Shown here piece by piece: positions 9,921-19,911 of a stretch of 64,000 bases of DNA. This DNA comes from an uncultured cyanobacterium (GTDB lineage Bacteria; Cyanobacteriota; Cyanobacteriia; PCC-9006; JAAUQQ01). A program made the translations under genes and the position numbers. Within the stretch, counting starts at the first letter, position 1. Each line of letters begins with the position of its first letter. The stretch is from NCBI GenBank assembly GCA_963718615.1, contig OY970368.1, forward strand, positions 3,008,001 to 3,072,000, written 5' to 3'. Under the pieces are notes generated by a model. It searched no databases. It worked only from the letters and a program-made list of their open reading frames with translations, and was not told the origin of the DNA.

Positions 9921-11135
9921 ATGCACCAATCCTCCACTGCGCAGACTGCTGGACCGGACTATCGCATTCGATGGATTGACCGCATCAGCGACATTCCCCG
10001 CGACGCCTGGGACGCCCTTGCCCAGCCGCTGAAAACCCCATTTTTTGAATGGGACTGGCTGCACAACCTAGAAGCCTCTAAGAGCGCAACGGCCCAGACC
10101 GGCTGGCAGCCGATTCACCTGACGGTTTGGCAAGGTGCTGATTTAGTTGCGGCAGCACCACTCTACGTCAAGGGCCACAGCTATGGGGAATTTGTCTTTG
10201 ACCACCAGTGGGCGGACCTGGCCAATCATCTCGGGTTGTCCTACTATCCCAAGCTTCTGGGGATGTCACCCTTTACGCCAGCGGTGGGCTATCGCTTTTT
10301 AATTGCACCCGGTGAAGACGACCGTGCGATGACCGAGGTGATGATGGCGGCGATCGACCAGTTTTGCGATCGCAACAATATCCTCAGTTGCAACTTCCTC
10401 TACGTCGATCCTGATTGGAAACCCCTAGTGGAACGCTGCGGTTTTACTCCCTGGCTGCACCATAATTCTGTTTGGCATAACCAAGGCTTTCAAACCTACG
10501 ACGATTATCTCAAAATGTTCAACGCCAATCAGCGGCGCAATATCAAGCGGGAAATGCAGGCGGTGACGCAGACCGGGCTAAAGATGACCACGTTTACGGG
10601 AGAGGATATTTCCCCGGACCTGATGCAGCGCATGTATCGGTTTTATAGCCATCATTGTGAAAAGTTTGGTTGGTGGGGCAGCAAATATCTCACCAAACAG
10701 TTTTTTGAGCAACTGCATGCAGACTTTCGCCATCGACTGCTTTTGGTCGCGGCAGTGACCGAAGAGGAACCCACTAAACCCGTGGGGATGTCCTTTTGTG
10801 TGTATAAGGGCGATCGCCTCTACGGTCGCTACTGGGGCTGTTTTCAAGAGTACGATTGTCTCCATTTCAACGCCTGTTATTACAAGCCGATTGAGTGGGG
10901 CATTGCCCAGGGGATTCAGGTATTTGATCCGGGAGCAGGGGGCAGCCACAAAAAACGCCGGGGCTTTCCTGCAACCCCCCACCACAGTCTACATCGGTTT
11001 TATGACTCTAAACTGGGCTCAATTTTGCGCAACCATTTATTGCAGGTGAATGAGTTAGAAATGCAGGAAATCGAAGCGATCAATCATGAAATGCCCTTTA
11101 ATAAACGGGAAGTCGAATTAAAACTCCATTTGTAA
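9921..11135 (+). CDS. FemAB-like GNAT family protein (DUF482)
   Basis: HSYGEFVFDHQWA, YYPKL, LYGRYWG, LHFNACYY, GAGGSHKKRRGF. Confidence 0.9.
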   Translation: MHQSSTAQTAGPDYRIRWIDRISDIPRDAWDALAQPLKTPFFEWDWLHNLEASKSATAQTGWQPIHLTVWQGADLVAAAPLYVKGHSYGEFVFDHQWADLANHLGLSYYPKLLGMSPFTPAVGYRFLIAPGEDDRAMTEVMMAAIDQFCDRNNILSCNFLYVDPDWKPLVERCGFTPWLHHNSVWHNQGFQTYDDYLKMFNANQRRNIKREMQAVTQTGLKMTTFTGEDISPDLMQRMYRFYSHHCEKFGWWGSKYLTKQFFEQLHADFRHRLLLVAAVTEEEPTKPVGMSFCVYKGDRLYGRYWGCFQEYDCLHFNACYYKPIEWGIAQGIQVFDPGAGGSHKKRRGFPATPHHSLHRFYDSKLGSILRNHLLQVNELEMQEIEAINHEMPFNKREVELKLHL

Positions 11136-12365
11136 AACACAATCGATCAGTAGTCCTGCGATCGCCCCCAACGGTACCAGTTGCCAAGTGGGGAGTTTGT
11201 AGCGTATCAGCCCGATGAGCGCAGCCAGACCCATACAGACCGCGATCGCCGATTGCCCCAGGGTTGGTAATCCCACAGCGGTTTTGATCAGTGGGAACGT
11301 TGCAGCGGCGATCGCCCCCAATACCCCCGGTGTCACGCCCTGAACAAAGGCTCGAACCCAGGTATTCTGCCGCAGGCGGCGTAGGAGCGGTGCCGCCACC
11401 ATGATGAAGGCGAAGGAGGGGGTGAAGATGGCGATCGCCGCAACCAAGGCTCCCCAAAAACCAGCCACTTTATACCCCACAAAGGCGGCGGTCAGGACCA
11501 CAGGCCCCGGAGAAAGCTGCCCAATGGCAACGCCGTTGATAAATTCCTGGGGCGTAAGCCAGTGGAGGGTGTGCACAATTTCGGCTTCGAGCAGGGGAAT
11601 AATCACCAGGCCACCGCCGAAGATAAAGCTGCCCACTTTGAGGAAAAATAGCGCCAGGGGCAGGGCGAATTGGGCAAGGCGCTCGGTGCCCCAAAAGCTT
11701 GCGAGGGAAAGGGTTTCAGGGGGAAGGGTCAGAAGTATCGGCGCAAGCGGTAGCCGGAACATGGCAGGACTGGCAACCAGCGGGATAAGGGCGGTGGTGG
11801 TTTTGGGGCGGTGGCGCAGGATACCGATGAGTCCTGCGAGCAGGAATTGTAGGATGAGGCTGAGGGGCGTTAGGAGGGTGAGGAGGAAGAGGGTGAGGGC
11901 GATCGCCCCATCCCAACCACTGCGAATCGATTTTTTACCCAGCTTCCAACAAAACGCCAGGACGATCGCCACAACCACGGGGGAGATCCCAAAAAACAGG
12001 GCATCCAGTTGGGGCAAGTCTTGAAAGCGGAAATACCCCCAGCTCAAAACGACCACAATCCCAAAGGCAGGCGCAATGAAACAAAACCCAGCCACCAGAG
12101 CCCCCATCTGCCCTGCGCGCAGGTAGCCGCTATAAATCCCCAGTTGGGTGGAGGCGGGTCCGGGTAGCATTTCGCACAGGGCGAGACCTTCGCTAAATTC
12201 CTCCGGGCTAAACCACTGCCGCCGCACCACCAGTTCATCGTTCATTAGCGCCATGTGGGCTTGGGGGCCGCCAAAGCCGATAGTGCCCAATTTGAGAAAG
12301 ATCTGGGCGAGTTCGCCTAAAGCTCGGCGGCGCAACTGGGGAGGGAGGGAGGGAGCGTTTGCCAT
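11118..12365 (-). CDS. chrA: Chromate efflux transporter (long-chain CHR)
   Basis: FLKLGTIGFGGP, LPGPAS, second repeat FLKVGSFIFGGG and SPGP. Confidence 0.92.
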   Translation of the reverse strand: MANAPSLPPQLRRRALGELAQIFLKLGTIGFGGPQAHMALMNDELVVRRQWFSPEEFSEGLALCEMLPGPASTQLGIYSGYLRAGQMGALVAGFCFIAPAFGIVVVLSWGYFRFQDLPQLDALFFGISPVVVAIVLAFCWKLGKKSIRSGWDGAIALTLFLLTLLTPLSLILQFLLAGLIGILRHRPKTTTALIPLVASPAMFRLPLAPILLTLPPETLSLASFWGTERLAQFALPLALFFLKVGSFIFGGGLVIIPLLEAEIVHTLHWLTPQEFINGVAIGQLSPGPVVLTAAFVGYKVAGFWGALVAAIAIFTPSFAFIMVAAPLLRRLRQNTWVRAFVQGVTPGVLGAIAAATFPLIKTAVGLPTLGQSAIAVCMGLAALIGLIRYKLPTWQLVPLGAIAGLLIDCVLQMEF

Positions 12366-12419
12366 GGTTGATCGAGGGATAGTCTAGAAATTTTCCCTAT
12401 CCTCGGCCAAGTCCAGTCC

Positions 12420-13019
12420 CTAAAGCGGTATCAACTCCGGAAAATTTTCCAGCACTTGATCCGCCGCCAGAGATTCTCCCAAAGCCGCCGGTGAAAAATG
12501 GACCTGAATGGCTCGCAGGCGCTCTTGGTAATTCAAGTTGATCAGCGTTTTCAAGCCCTGCCTCAAGGCTCCTAGATCCGCTAGGTTGGTTTCTAGGGCC
12601 GTTTCCTCTCCTTCGTAGGCTACCGTGATCATCACCACTAGGTTTTGGGTAATGGGAATTTGAAAATCCTCTGGGCTGGGGTCCTCCCCTGCCAGCGTAT
12701 CCCCACTGAGATAGCGTTCGCCGGAGTCCGTAAAGAGCTCGGTGAATAGGTCGTCCGCATCGGCCTCACTCCAGCAGACATCCCCCTCGTTGGCTGCGGC
12801 CTGCCAGTAAATTTCATGGTGCAGCAGCGACTGGGCAATTTCTACCAGACCTTCCCCCACCGTAGCAAGCTCCCCCTCGGCCTCTAGGGCACGGAACGCC
12901 GCTTGGTTGAGCACACCCAGGAGAGGGGCAACCTCGTCTCCCGCCAAATGCAGGATGAGCCGCGCCACGACGAGGCGGGTTTTGCCAGTGAATGCGTTGA
13001 AGCGATCGCGAAGTCCCAT
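12420..13019 (-). CDS. DUF1517-like protein
   Basis: GKTRLVVARL...ANEGDV...FTDSGERYLS...YPELIPL-like C-terminus, as in the stand-alone cyanobacterial DUF1517 family (recalled). Confidence 0.7.
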   Translation of the reverse strand: MGLRDRFNAFTGKTRLVVARLILHLAGDEVAPLLGVLNQAAFRALEAEGELATVGEGLVEIAQSLLHHEIYWQAAANEGDVCWSEADADDLFTELFTDSGERYLSGDTLAGEDPSPEDFQIPITQNLVVMITVAYEGEETALETNLADLGALRQGLKTLINLNYQERLRAIQVHFSPAALGESLAADQVLENFPELIPL

Positions 13020-13061
13020 GGCTGGTCAAGAGGCAATGAATTAGCCTCCCCATTGTAGGGA

Positions 13062-13200
13062 TTGACGCTCATCCACCCAATCGCTAGGCGATATGGATGG
13101 AGATTCCTGTTTCACAGACTCTTGGCTAGATAACAGCACCTTCATGCCGCCACCCCCGCTAGACCGTCTCCACAAGCCTTTTCTTGAACCGTGCGCCCCA
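13062..13200 (-). ncRNA. TnpB omega (re)RNA scaffold, copy 1; 5' end approximate
   Basis: Overlaps the tnpB 3' end up to the TCAA right end. Hairpins GGTGGCGGCAT/GTGCTGTTATC and CCATCCA...TGGGTGG; the change between copies (G-U to G-C) keeps the pairing. Confidence 0.7.
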
Positions 13201-14329
13201 CGGCTCTTTGTTTGATTACAATTGCACTCGCAATGTCCCGAGGCATCGATGACCCGCAATGGGGACAATTATGCCAACGGTCTGAAAGCGTCTTTTTGAC
13301 AGCATGACCACAATCAGGGCATTGCTGAGAGGTTCCACGGGCATCCACTTTTAGATACCCCTTCCCTCGCTTAAAACACACCCAGGGCAAAATCTGATTC
13401 AGGAACTGTCCCAAGCCAGCATCGAGCATGTGTTTGCCTAAAATGCCACGGGACAAGCCCACTAGATTCAGATTCTCCACCACAATCACATCGCTCCGGT
13501 CACAGAGCAGATGAGCAATCTTGAAGTGGAAATCCTTGCGAGTGTTGCTGATTCGTTCATGCAGTTTTGCGATCTTAAGCTGAAGCTTTTTCCAGTTCTT
13601 CGACCCCAGCACCTTTTTCTTGAGTCTGCGTTGCAGCAATTTCAGCTCGCTTTGCAGGTCAACGAAAAACCGAGGACAATGAACTTGCAAGCCATCCGAG
13701 GCTGACAGGAAATATTCCAACCCTACATCGACACCCACACACTGACCTACCAATGGCACATCGGGAATGGACAACTCCGCTTGAAAACAGAGCACCACAT
13801 AAAACCCTGACGCCCGCTTCACTATCCTGGCCTGCTTCACCTGGAAGCCTTCGGGATAGGGCCGAGACTGCCGGATAGCAGTTTTCCCAATACTGGGAAG
13901 ATTTACCCACCCGTCTCCCAGTGGAGTCTTACCCAATTGAGGAAACAGAAACGACTTCATCTGACCGGGCTTCTTAAACCGAGGAAACCCAAAACCCCGC
14001 TCTGCCCTATCCTTGAATGCTTTTTCTAAAGTCTTCAGCACTTGCTGAAGGGATTGAGCATTGACAGACTTGAGGTCAGGATTAGTCTTCTTGGCTTGGG
14101 TCAGGGATTTGCACTGGTGAGCAAAACCGGGATAGGGAGCATCCGCCGCCATGATGTACTCACCCCGAATTGAGCATGCATTGATAGGACACTTTCTTGA
14201 AGCAATCCAGTCCTTGCGCTCTTTCAGGGCATAATTCCAAACCTTTCGGCAGACATCCAAGCTATTTTCTAGCTCCTCAATCTGCTGAGTGGTTGGCTTC
14301 AGCTTGTACTCATAGGTCAGTGTTAGCAT
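13142..14329 (-). CDS. tnpB: RNA-guided endonuclease TnpB
   Basis: YEYKLKPT N-terminus, GFPRFK, RuvC residues in GVDVG, VENL and RDIAS, zinc ribbon CPDC...CPHC. Confidence 0.95.
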   Translation of the reverse strand: MLTLTYEYKLKPTTQQIEELENSLDVCRKVWNYALKERKDWIASRKCPINACSIRGEYIMAADAPYPGFAHQCKSLTQAKKTNPDLKSVNAQSLQQVLKTLEKAFKDRAERGFGFPRFKKPGQMKSFLFPQLGKTPLGDGWVNLPSIGKTAIRQSRPYPEGFQVKQARIVKRASGFYVVLCFQAELSIPDVPLVGQCVGVDVGLEYFLSASDGLQVHCPRFFVDLQSELKLLQRRLKKKVLGSKNWKKLQLKIAKLHERISNTRKDFHFKIAHLLCDRSDVIVVENLNLVGLSRGILGKHMLDAGLGQFLNQILPWVCFKRGKGYLKVDARGTSQQCPDCGHAVKKTLSDRWHNCPHCGSSMPRDIASAIVIKQRAVGRTVQEKACGDGLAGVAA

Positions 14330-14356
14330 GGTCTTATGCTAGCTTAGTCGCCTACA

Positions 14357-14769
14357 ATGTCGCAACCGTTAAATACCTCCACCACTGCTCCTATAATCTT
14401 CAGTTCCACTTAGTCGCTTGCACTAAGTACCGACGAAAGTGCATCACAAAACCCATGCTGGAAAGGATGCGAGAGATATTCGCGCAGACGCTCGTTAAGT
14501 GGGATGGCAACCTGCTTGAGTTTAATGGGGAGGCTGACCATGTTCATCTTCTTATCTCGATCAATCCCAAGGTTCAGCCGTCAAAGTTGGTGAACAACTT
14601 AAAAACTGTCTCTAGTCGGTTACTCAGGAAAGAGTTTGGTGAACACCTTAATCAGATCTACCGAGATAAGCCGATTTTTTGGAGTCGTTCCTACTGCATT
14701 ATTTCTTGTGGCGGAGCCCCTATATCTGTTCTCAGGCAATATATTCAACAGCAGGCCGAGATTGATTAG
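14357..14769 (+). pseudogene. tnpA: IS200-family Y1 transposase tnpA with a 1-bp deletion near the 5' end
   Basis: 413 bp versus 414 bp in copy 2; aaatacctcc here versus aaataccctcc in copy 2. The HUH motif (DHVHL) and catalytic Tyr are out of frame with the ATG. Confidence 0.85.
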
Positions 14770-14888
14770 TTGCTTCCTGCGGTCGCGCTCCGCTTCACCA
14801 CCCCCTAACCCTTCGGGTATAGGCGGAGCACTGCGGAAATTTCCGGTAGGGAGGAGCGGAGTCTCCTTGTCTCTTGCAATCAACTTCT

Positions 14889-15809
14889 TTAATAAACTTC
14901 AAACTCAGAGAAAGCCCTGGGAATGCTTCTTAGCAAACAGTTCAAGTCCCTAAAGAGAGACCATTGCTTGAAATAGCGCGGGTCGAGTTGTCTGACGCTT
15001 TCTAACTCAAGAACCGCAGAACCATCAGCGAGCGGACTCAGCGATCGCCCCCGCAGAGGCACTAAACCAATCATCCCTGGCAATGCATTCAGCCATGGGA
15101 GCTGTTCCGGCTCAATCCGGGCCACATCCGCCAAGGCCCAAGGCTGTGGACCCACGAGGCTCATGTCTCCGCGCAGGACATTGATGAGCTGCGGCAGTGC
15201 ATCTAAGCCATAGCGCAAAAGCCATTGCCCCAGAGGGGTAAGCTGGGACGTTGAGCGGGGACTCGCAGCAAACGTCATCGCCTCTGCCACCGCCACGCTG
15301 CGAAATTTTAAGCCTTGAAACAGTTGACCCCGTTGACCCACACACCACTGCCGTAAAAAAATCGGCCCTGGAGTTGTGAAGAGGATTAAGAGCGCGATCG
15401 CCCAAAACACCGGCCCTAATAGCGCCAGCAACAACGCGGCCAATCCCCGATCAATGCTTCCCTTCAGCCACCAGGCCCAAGGTTGGGAGCGTTGGGGCAA
15501 CCCTGGCATTGAGGGCAGGCGGAGATAGGCGGTCTTACCGGTTTGCTGGCACAGCTCGGCCCAAAATTGTAAATCGGTCTCGGCAAGCTGAGGGTCTAGC
15601 AAAACCCCTTGAGCAGGCGATCGCGCCAAACATTGACGAATGCGATCATCTTCATCCTCAACCACCCAAGAGCGATTTGGGTTGCAGTGCTCTAGGACCG
15701 ATTCAACGATCAGCCAGTGTCGCCGCCACCTCAAGGCATAGCGGCGACGAACGCGGGGGAGCGCTGCTTCAGCAGCCACAAGGGAAAAAGGAGAGGACAC
15801 GACATCCAT
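14889..15809 (-). CDS. hepC: Bacterial sugar transferase (priming glycosyltransferase), HepC-like
   Basis: C-terminal Bac_transf motifs (GPIF.RQ..VGQRG..F...KFR, LPQLINVLRGDMSLVGP) plus the cyanobacterial HepC-type N-terminal domain. Confidence 0.8.
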   Translation of the reverse strand: MDVVSSPFSLVAAEAALPRVRRRYALRWRRHWLIVESVLEHCNPNRSWVVEDEDDRIRQCLARSPAQGVLLDPQLAETDLQFWAELCQQTGKTAYLRLPSMPGLPQRSQPWAWWLKGSIDRGLAALLLALLGPVFWAIALLILFTTPGPIFLRQWCVGQRGQLFQGLKFRSVAVAEAMTFAASPRSTSQLTPLGQWLLRYGLDALPQLINVLRGDMSLVGPQPWALADVARIEPEQLPWLNALPGMIGLVPLRGRSLSPLADGSAVLELESVRQLDPRYFKQWSLFRDLNCLLRSIPRAFSEFEVY

Positions 15810-15944
15810 AATTCGTTACGTTGCGCTGCGCCAACGCTCTATCGATTACTAGCTCATCCATAACTCCAAATGCCTTCGCATTTCGATGAGAACATCAACA
15901 GGAATCACAATCTCACACCTCAATTACACCTTGGGCATTACACC

Positions 15945-18176
15945 TTAGGCATTAGCGACATAGGCGTATTGCTGGCGCAAGCGAGACACGCCATTGGCCA
16001 CCACCCCAATCACATTCAAATGCCTGAGATTTTCGAGGGACTGAGTAAGTTCTGTTTTCGTCAGGCGATCCATGCGGCCCACCATCAAAACGCCATCACA
16101 ATGGGTAGCTGTCACGATTGCATCCACCATTCCCGAAGCCGGAGGCGCATCCACAATCACCAAATCGTAATACTGCTCGAACGACTCCATCATCTCCCGC
16201 ATGCGACGGGAGCTGAGCAGCTTGGCGGGATCCCCCGGAATGGGTCCTGCGGTGAGAACCGAAACCCCGGTACGCCCCGCTTCCTCCGCCGTTACGGGCA
16301 GTAGATGAGGCGGCAGTTTGCCGTCTTCGGTCAAAAAGGTTGAAAGACCCTCTTGATTGGGCAGATTCATCAGCTTGTGGAGACTGGGACGCCTGAGATC
16401 CCCATCAATCAGGAGCACTCGACGATGAAGACGCGCTGCACTAAAGGCCAATCCCAGAGCCAGAGTCGATTTACCTTCACCAGGTAAGGCCGAGGTCACA
16501 ACCAATGATTTGAGCGCACCGCTGGCATTGACCAAGTGAATATTTTGGTAAACCAAATCCATGGCTTCCCGGAAGCCCTGCCAGCGCAGAATCGATTTCA
16601 TTGCGGGCGCGAGGGCTGCATCTTCTGCCCCTAGGTGGCGGGGCGATCGCCCAAAATCGCTGCCTTCAACCCGAATGACTGGCACCATCCCCAAGAGGGG
16701 AATCGGCACCTGTTTTTGTAAATCCGCTGAGGTGTGGACCAAGTCGTCTAGGGCTTCTCGGCCAAACGCTGCCATACCGCCCACCATGAACCCAGCCACA
16801 GCGCCTAGGAGCAGATTCTTCTTAAAGTCGGGACCAATCTTGTAGCCATAGAGCGGTTCTTCAACGACTTTCCAATCAAACCCCCCTTTGGCAATTTCCA
16901 ACCCCAACTCTTGCTGGGCTTTGAGTAAAAGCTGGAGGGTTTCCCGATTGGTCACAATTTCGGGTAACAGTCGTCCATACTCGGCCAATAAAGACGGATA
17001 GCGACGAATTTCTGACACCAGTTGTTGACGAGCCCGGAGTAGGCTCTGCTGACGCGCCACTGCGGTATCAAGGTTGAGTCGAGCTCCGATTAATTCATTA
17101 ATCGCATCCACATCGGAGGCCGAAAGCTGCCCTTGAAATAACAATCCTTCCCCATTTCCCCCGCCCACTTCCGTATTGAGCGCACGGCCCATTTCCATAG
17201 CGAGCTGGCCTAGCTGTTGCTGCCGTTGCTCACTCAATTGTTGAACCTGGGGTGTGAGTTCGGTAAAGCGCAGTTTTTGCTGGATAATTGCCAGTTCCGT
17301 TTCCTGGATTTGGTTAAGGATGGCTTGATAGCGGGAGGATTGGGTCAAGCGAGAGGCCAACAGGGCTTGCTCCGGTGACATTCCCACCTGTTGTAATAGC
17401 CCCTGGTAGCGGGTGTTGAGTTCCCGTAGCTGCGAGTCATTCACCCGCAGATCCTGATCCACGGTATTGATCATCGCCACATGGGCCTGGGCCTGTTGCT
17501 CCGGGTCAATCACGCCCTGGTTCTGGCGAAACCGCTCCAGAGCCGTTTCGGCCTGGGTCACCTGATCTCGTGCTTCTGGTAGCTGTTTGTTAATAAAATC
17601 TAATCCTTTAACCAAACGCTCCTCTTGCTGTTCTAGGTTGTAGTCCTGATAGACCTTTTGAACCGCCTGAAGAACCTGCTGGGTTTTGATGGGATCGTTG
17701 TCGACGTAGTCCACCTGAAAAATTTTCGTTGCGCTTCCGGCTTTCTTGTCGCCGCTGCCGACTTGGCTAAGCTTGAGGGATTTGCGAAAGGCAATAAACG
17801 AAGCCGGATCTTGGGGATTAAACTCGTCGGGATAGTTCTCTTTGAGCGCTAGCATCGCCCGCTGAATCAAGCTGGAGCTTTGCATCAAACTCAGTTGGGT
17901 GGCCATATCGCTTTGGATATTGACATCAATGATATCGCCCCCGGCATCATTCTTCTTGCTCTGATAGTTCGATTCCACCAGGAGCTGCATGGAGCTGATG
18001 TACACCGGATCCTGGCGAACGGTATGAACGACGGCGATCGCCAAAGCCGCTACCACTGCCCCCAAGACCCAAAACTTGCGGCGTACCAAAATGGCAAAAA
18101 GCTGCCCATAGCCTAGATCATTGTCTGTGTCTAGGTTTTGATTGAGGGTTTGAAATGGCATGTTTGTTGCGGTCAT
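15945..18176 (-). CDS. wzc: Polysaccharide co-polymerase/tyrosine autokinase (Wzc/GumC)
   Basis: Wzz-type N-terminal TM, coiled coil, Walker A ALPGEGKST, LLIDGDLRRP, VIVDAPP. Confidence 0.92.
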   Translation of the reverse strand: MTATNMPFQTLNQNLDTDNDLGYGQLFAILVRRKFWVLGAVVAALAIAVVHTVRQDPVYISSMQLLVESNYQSKKNDAGGDIIDVNIQSDMATQLSLMQSSSLIQRAMLALKENYPDEFNPQDPASFIAFRKSLKLSQVGSGDKKAGSATKIFQVDYVDNDPIKTQQVLQAVQKVYQDYNLEQQEERLVKGLDFINKQLPEARDQVTQAETALERFRQNQGVIDPEQQAQAHVAMINTVDQDLRVNDSQLRELNTRYQGLLQQVGMSPEQALLASRLTQSSRYQAILNQIQETELAIIQQKLRFTELTPQVQQLSEQRQQQLGQLAMEMGRALNTEVGGGNGEGLLFQGQLSASDVDAINELIGARLNLDTAVARQQSLLRARQQLVSEIRRYPSLLAEYGRLLPEIVTNRETLQLLLKAQQELGLEIAKGGFDWKVVEEPLYGYKIGPDFKKNLLLGAVAGFMVGGMAAFGREALDDLVHTSADLQKQVPIPLLGMVPVIRVEGSDFGRSPRHLGAEDAALAPAMKSILRWQGFREAMDLVYQNIHLVNASGALKSLVVTSALPGEGKSTLALGLAFSAARLHRRVLLIDGDLRRPSLHKLMNLPNQEGLSTFLTEDGKLPPHLLPVTAEEAGRTGVSVLTAGPIPGDPAKLLSSRRMREMMESFEQYYDLVIVDAPPASGMVDAIVTATHCDGVLMVGRMDRLTKTELTQSLENLRHLNVIGVVANGVSRLRQQYAYVANA

Positions 18177-18273
18177 GCAGGCTCCCGATGGTCATCGATA
18201 ACGGTCAACAATAATTCAATCTCTAAGCGCCAAAAGACTCACTATTTGAGATTCCGAGCATTTTTCCTTGGAG

Positions 18274-18279
18274 TCCGGA
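18274..18279 (-). promoter_or_regulatory. DIF1-like TCCGGA promoter element upstream of wzc
   Basis: Minus strand reads TCCGGA-N18-GGAAT, 98 bp before the wzc start. Confidence 0.5.
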
Positions 18280-18354
18280 TAGATTCCTCTAAACCTCAAT
18301 TCTTGACGCAATCTTTAAATAGAGGTAAATACAGGCCCGTGGCTTAGATTGTTC

Positions 18355-19443
18355 CTAAGCCAGGGCGAGATAGGGAGACAAAATTTGATCAACCTGACTA
18401 AAAAAGGCCCGTTGCGAAAACTGATTCACCGCATGGTCTCGGATCATCTGGTAGTTCCAGGCTCGGCCCCTAAACTCGCTTAAGGCCGCTAGCAAGGACT
18501 CTGGACTCTGGCGTTCAAATAACAATCCGGTTTTGCCATGGACTTGCGTATCTAACACCCCTCCCGCACCGTAGGCAACGACCGGTGTTCCGCTGGCATT
18601 GGCTTCAATGGGAACCAGACCATAGTCCTCTAAGGCCGCGACAATCACGGCTTTGGCATTGGCCATGAGCGATCGCCGTTCTGCATCACTCACATGTCCT
18701 AAAAACTTGACATTGGGCAGCGCCTGACGTTCTAGGCGATCGCGCTCGGGACCATCCCCAGTGATATATAGGGGCCATCCCAGCCAATTAAACGCTTCGA
18801 TAATGACATCGATCCGCTTATAGCTCAGGAGTCGAGCTGAAACCAGATAAAACTCTTCTTTAATCTCCGAAAAGGCAAATTGCCGGTCATCAATAGGATA
18901 GTTAATGACTAGGGCATCTTGGCCATAGACGCGGCGAATCCGCTCGGCGACGGTCGTAGAGTTGGCAATATAAAGGTCAGGTTCTTGGGAGTACTTGAGG
19001 TCTAGCGCTCGCATCGGTTGAAAAATTGCCTCCAGGGCAGGTTTGAGCAATTTAAACCCGCTAAACTCGCGCAAATAGGTATCCGTATCCCACAGAAAAC
19101 GGGTGACATTATGACAAAAGCAGATGTGCTTCGCATCAGGCCGTTTCCGAACGGATTTGGCAAAGCTGGTCGAGCTGCTGATAATCAAATCGTAAGCTTG
19201 CAAATCAAGGGATCGAAAGGCAGGAAAGTAAAGCGGAGCCATCAGGCGAAAATGCTGTTTTGCACCTGGAATATGCTGAAGCCAGGTCGTGTTGATGGTC
19301 CGATGCTGAAAATTAACCGTCTGACTCGGGTTATAGAGAGAGGTAAAAATATCTGCCGTTGGATACCGCTGACAAAGCAGCTCAAAGACCCGCTCTGCCC
19401 CACCCGGCTGGGTGAGGTAGTCGTGCACCAGTGCAACTTTCAT
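18355..19443 (-). CDS. Glycosyltransferase family 4
   Basis: VALVHDYLTQPGGAERV and EDYGLVPIEANASGTPV. Confidence 0.92.
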   Translation of the reverse strand: MKVALVHDYLTQPGGAERVFELLCQRYPTADIFTSLYNPSQTVNFQHRTINTTWLQHIPGAKQHFRLMAPLYFPAFRSLDLQAYDLIISSSTSFAKSVRKRPDAKHICFCHNVTRFLWDTDTYLREFSGFKLLKPALEAIFQPMRALDLKYSQEPDLYIANSTTVAERIRRVYGQDALVINYPIDDRQFAFSEIKEEFYLVSARLLSYKRIDVIIEAFNWLGWPLYITGDGPERDRLERQALPNVKFLGHVSDAERRSLMANAKAVIVAALEDYGLVPIEANASGTPVVAYGAGGVLDTQVHGKTGLLFERQSPESLLAALSEFRGRAWNYQMIRDHAVNQFSQRAFFSQVDQILSPYLALA

Positions 19444-19714
19444 GGAATAAAACTATGCCTCCACATCAGTTAAGGCATTCCACCGATGAAGCATCCGTAG
19501 AACACCTCAGCCCTTTAATGAATCTGGACTTGGAGGTAGGCAGCCTGACTGATCGTATTATTGACGATCTAAGAGTAAATATTGTCGCTTAGTGATTACT
19601 TTATCCTATCCTGACGTAAATTGCCTAATTTCATATAGGCAGTATCAAAAAGCATAGACCTCTCACTGATTCTTGGTGAAATGCTGCTATTTCGTGATCC
19701 CAGACATTCCTCTC

Positions 19715-19730
19715 TGTGACTTAAATCACA
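19715..19730. promoter_or_regulatory. CRP (SyCRP1-type) binding site
   Basis: Perfect TGTGA-CTTAAA-TCACA, about 270 bp upstream of the GT4-wzc-hepC unit. Confidence 0.65.
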
Positions 19731-19809
19731 TTTTTGTGGGCGCGATACTGTTGTGATCAAGGCTCGATTTTAGGTCGGAAAACGTTTTTAATGAGATATG
19801 AATGCAGTC

Positions 19810-19854
19810 AAAAAAACTTTCTGGATGTCTTTGACTTCACACCAGAAAGCTTTT
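19810..19854 (-). terminator. Rho-independent terminator downstream of wza
   Basis: Minus strand reads CTTTCTGG...CCAGAAAG followed by TTTTTTT. Confidence 0.6.
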
Positions 19855-19911
19855 GAAATGGAATAATAATTGCCGATTTGAAACTTCAAAATGAATCAAG
19901 AGGCAACCCCT

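Larger units (their letters stand above)
13062..14845 (-). mobile_element. IS200/IS605-family element, IS605 group (divergent tnpA/tnpB), copy 1
   Basis: Near-identical to 55138-56921. Similarity ends at TCAA (right end, minus strand) and at ...GGTAG (left end, inferred target CTAC). Subterminal hairpins at both ends. Confidence 0.95.

Noticed and set aside
14197-14769. 190-aa ORF as an N-terminally extended TnpA
   Set aside because: The extension is antisense tnpB sequence joined by the 1-bp deletion; the true start is the ATG at 14357, as in copy 2.
13055-14852. Apparent 7-bp target-site duplication GTAGGGA around IS copy 1
   Set aside because: Copy 2 has no such duplication and IS200/IS605 elements do not make one; better explained as insertion into an existing heptamer repeat.
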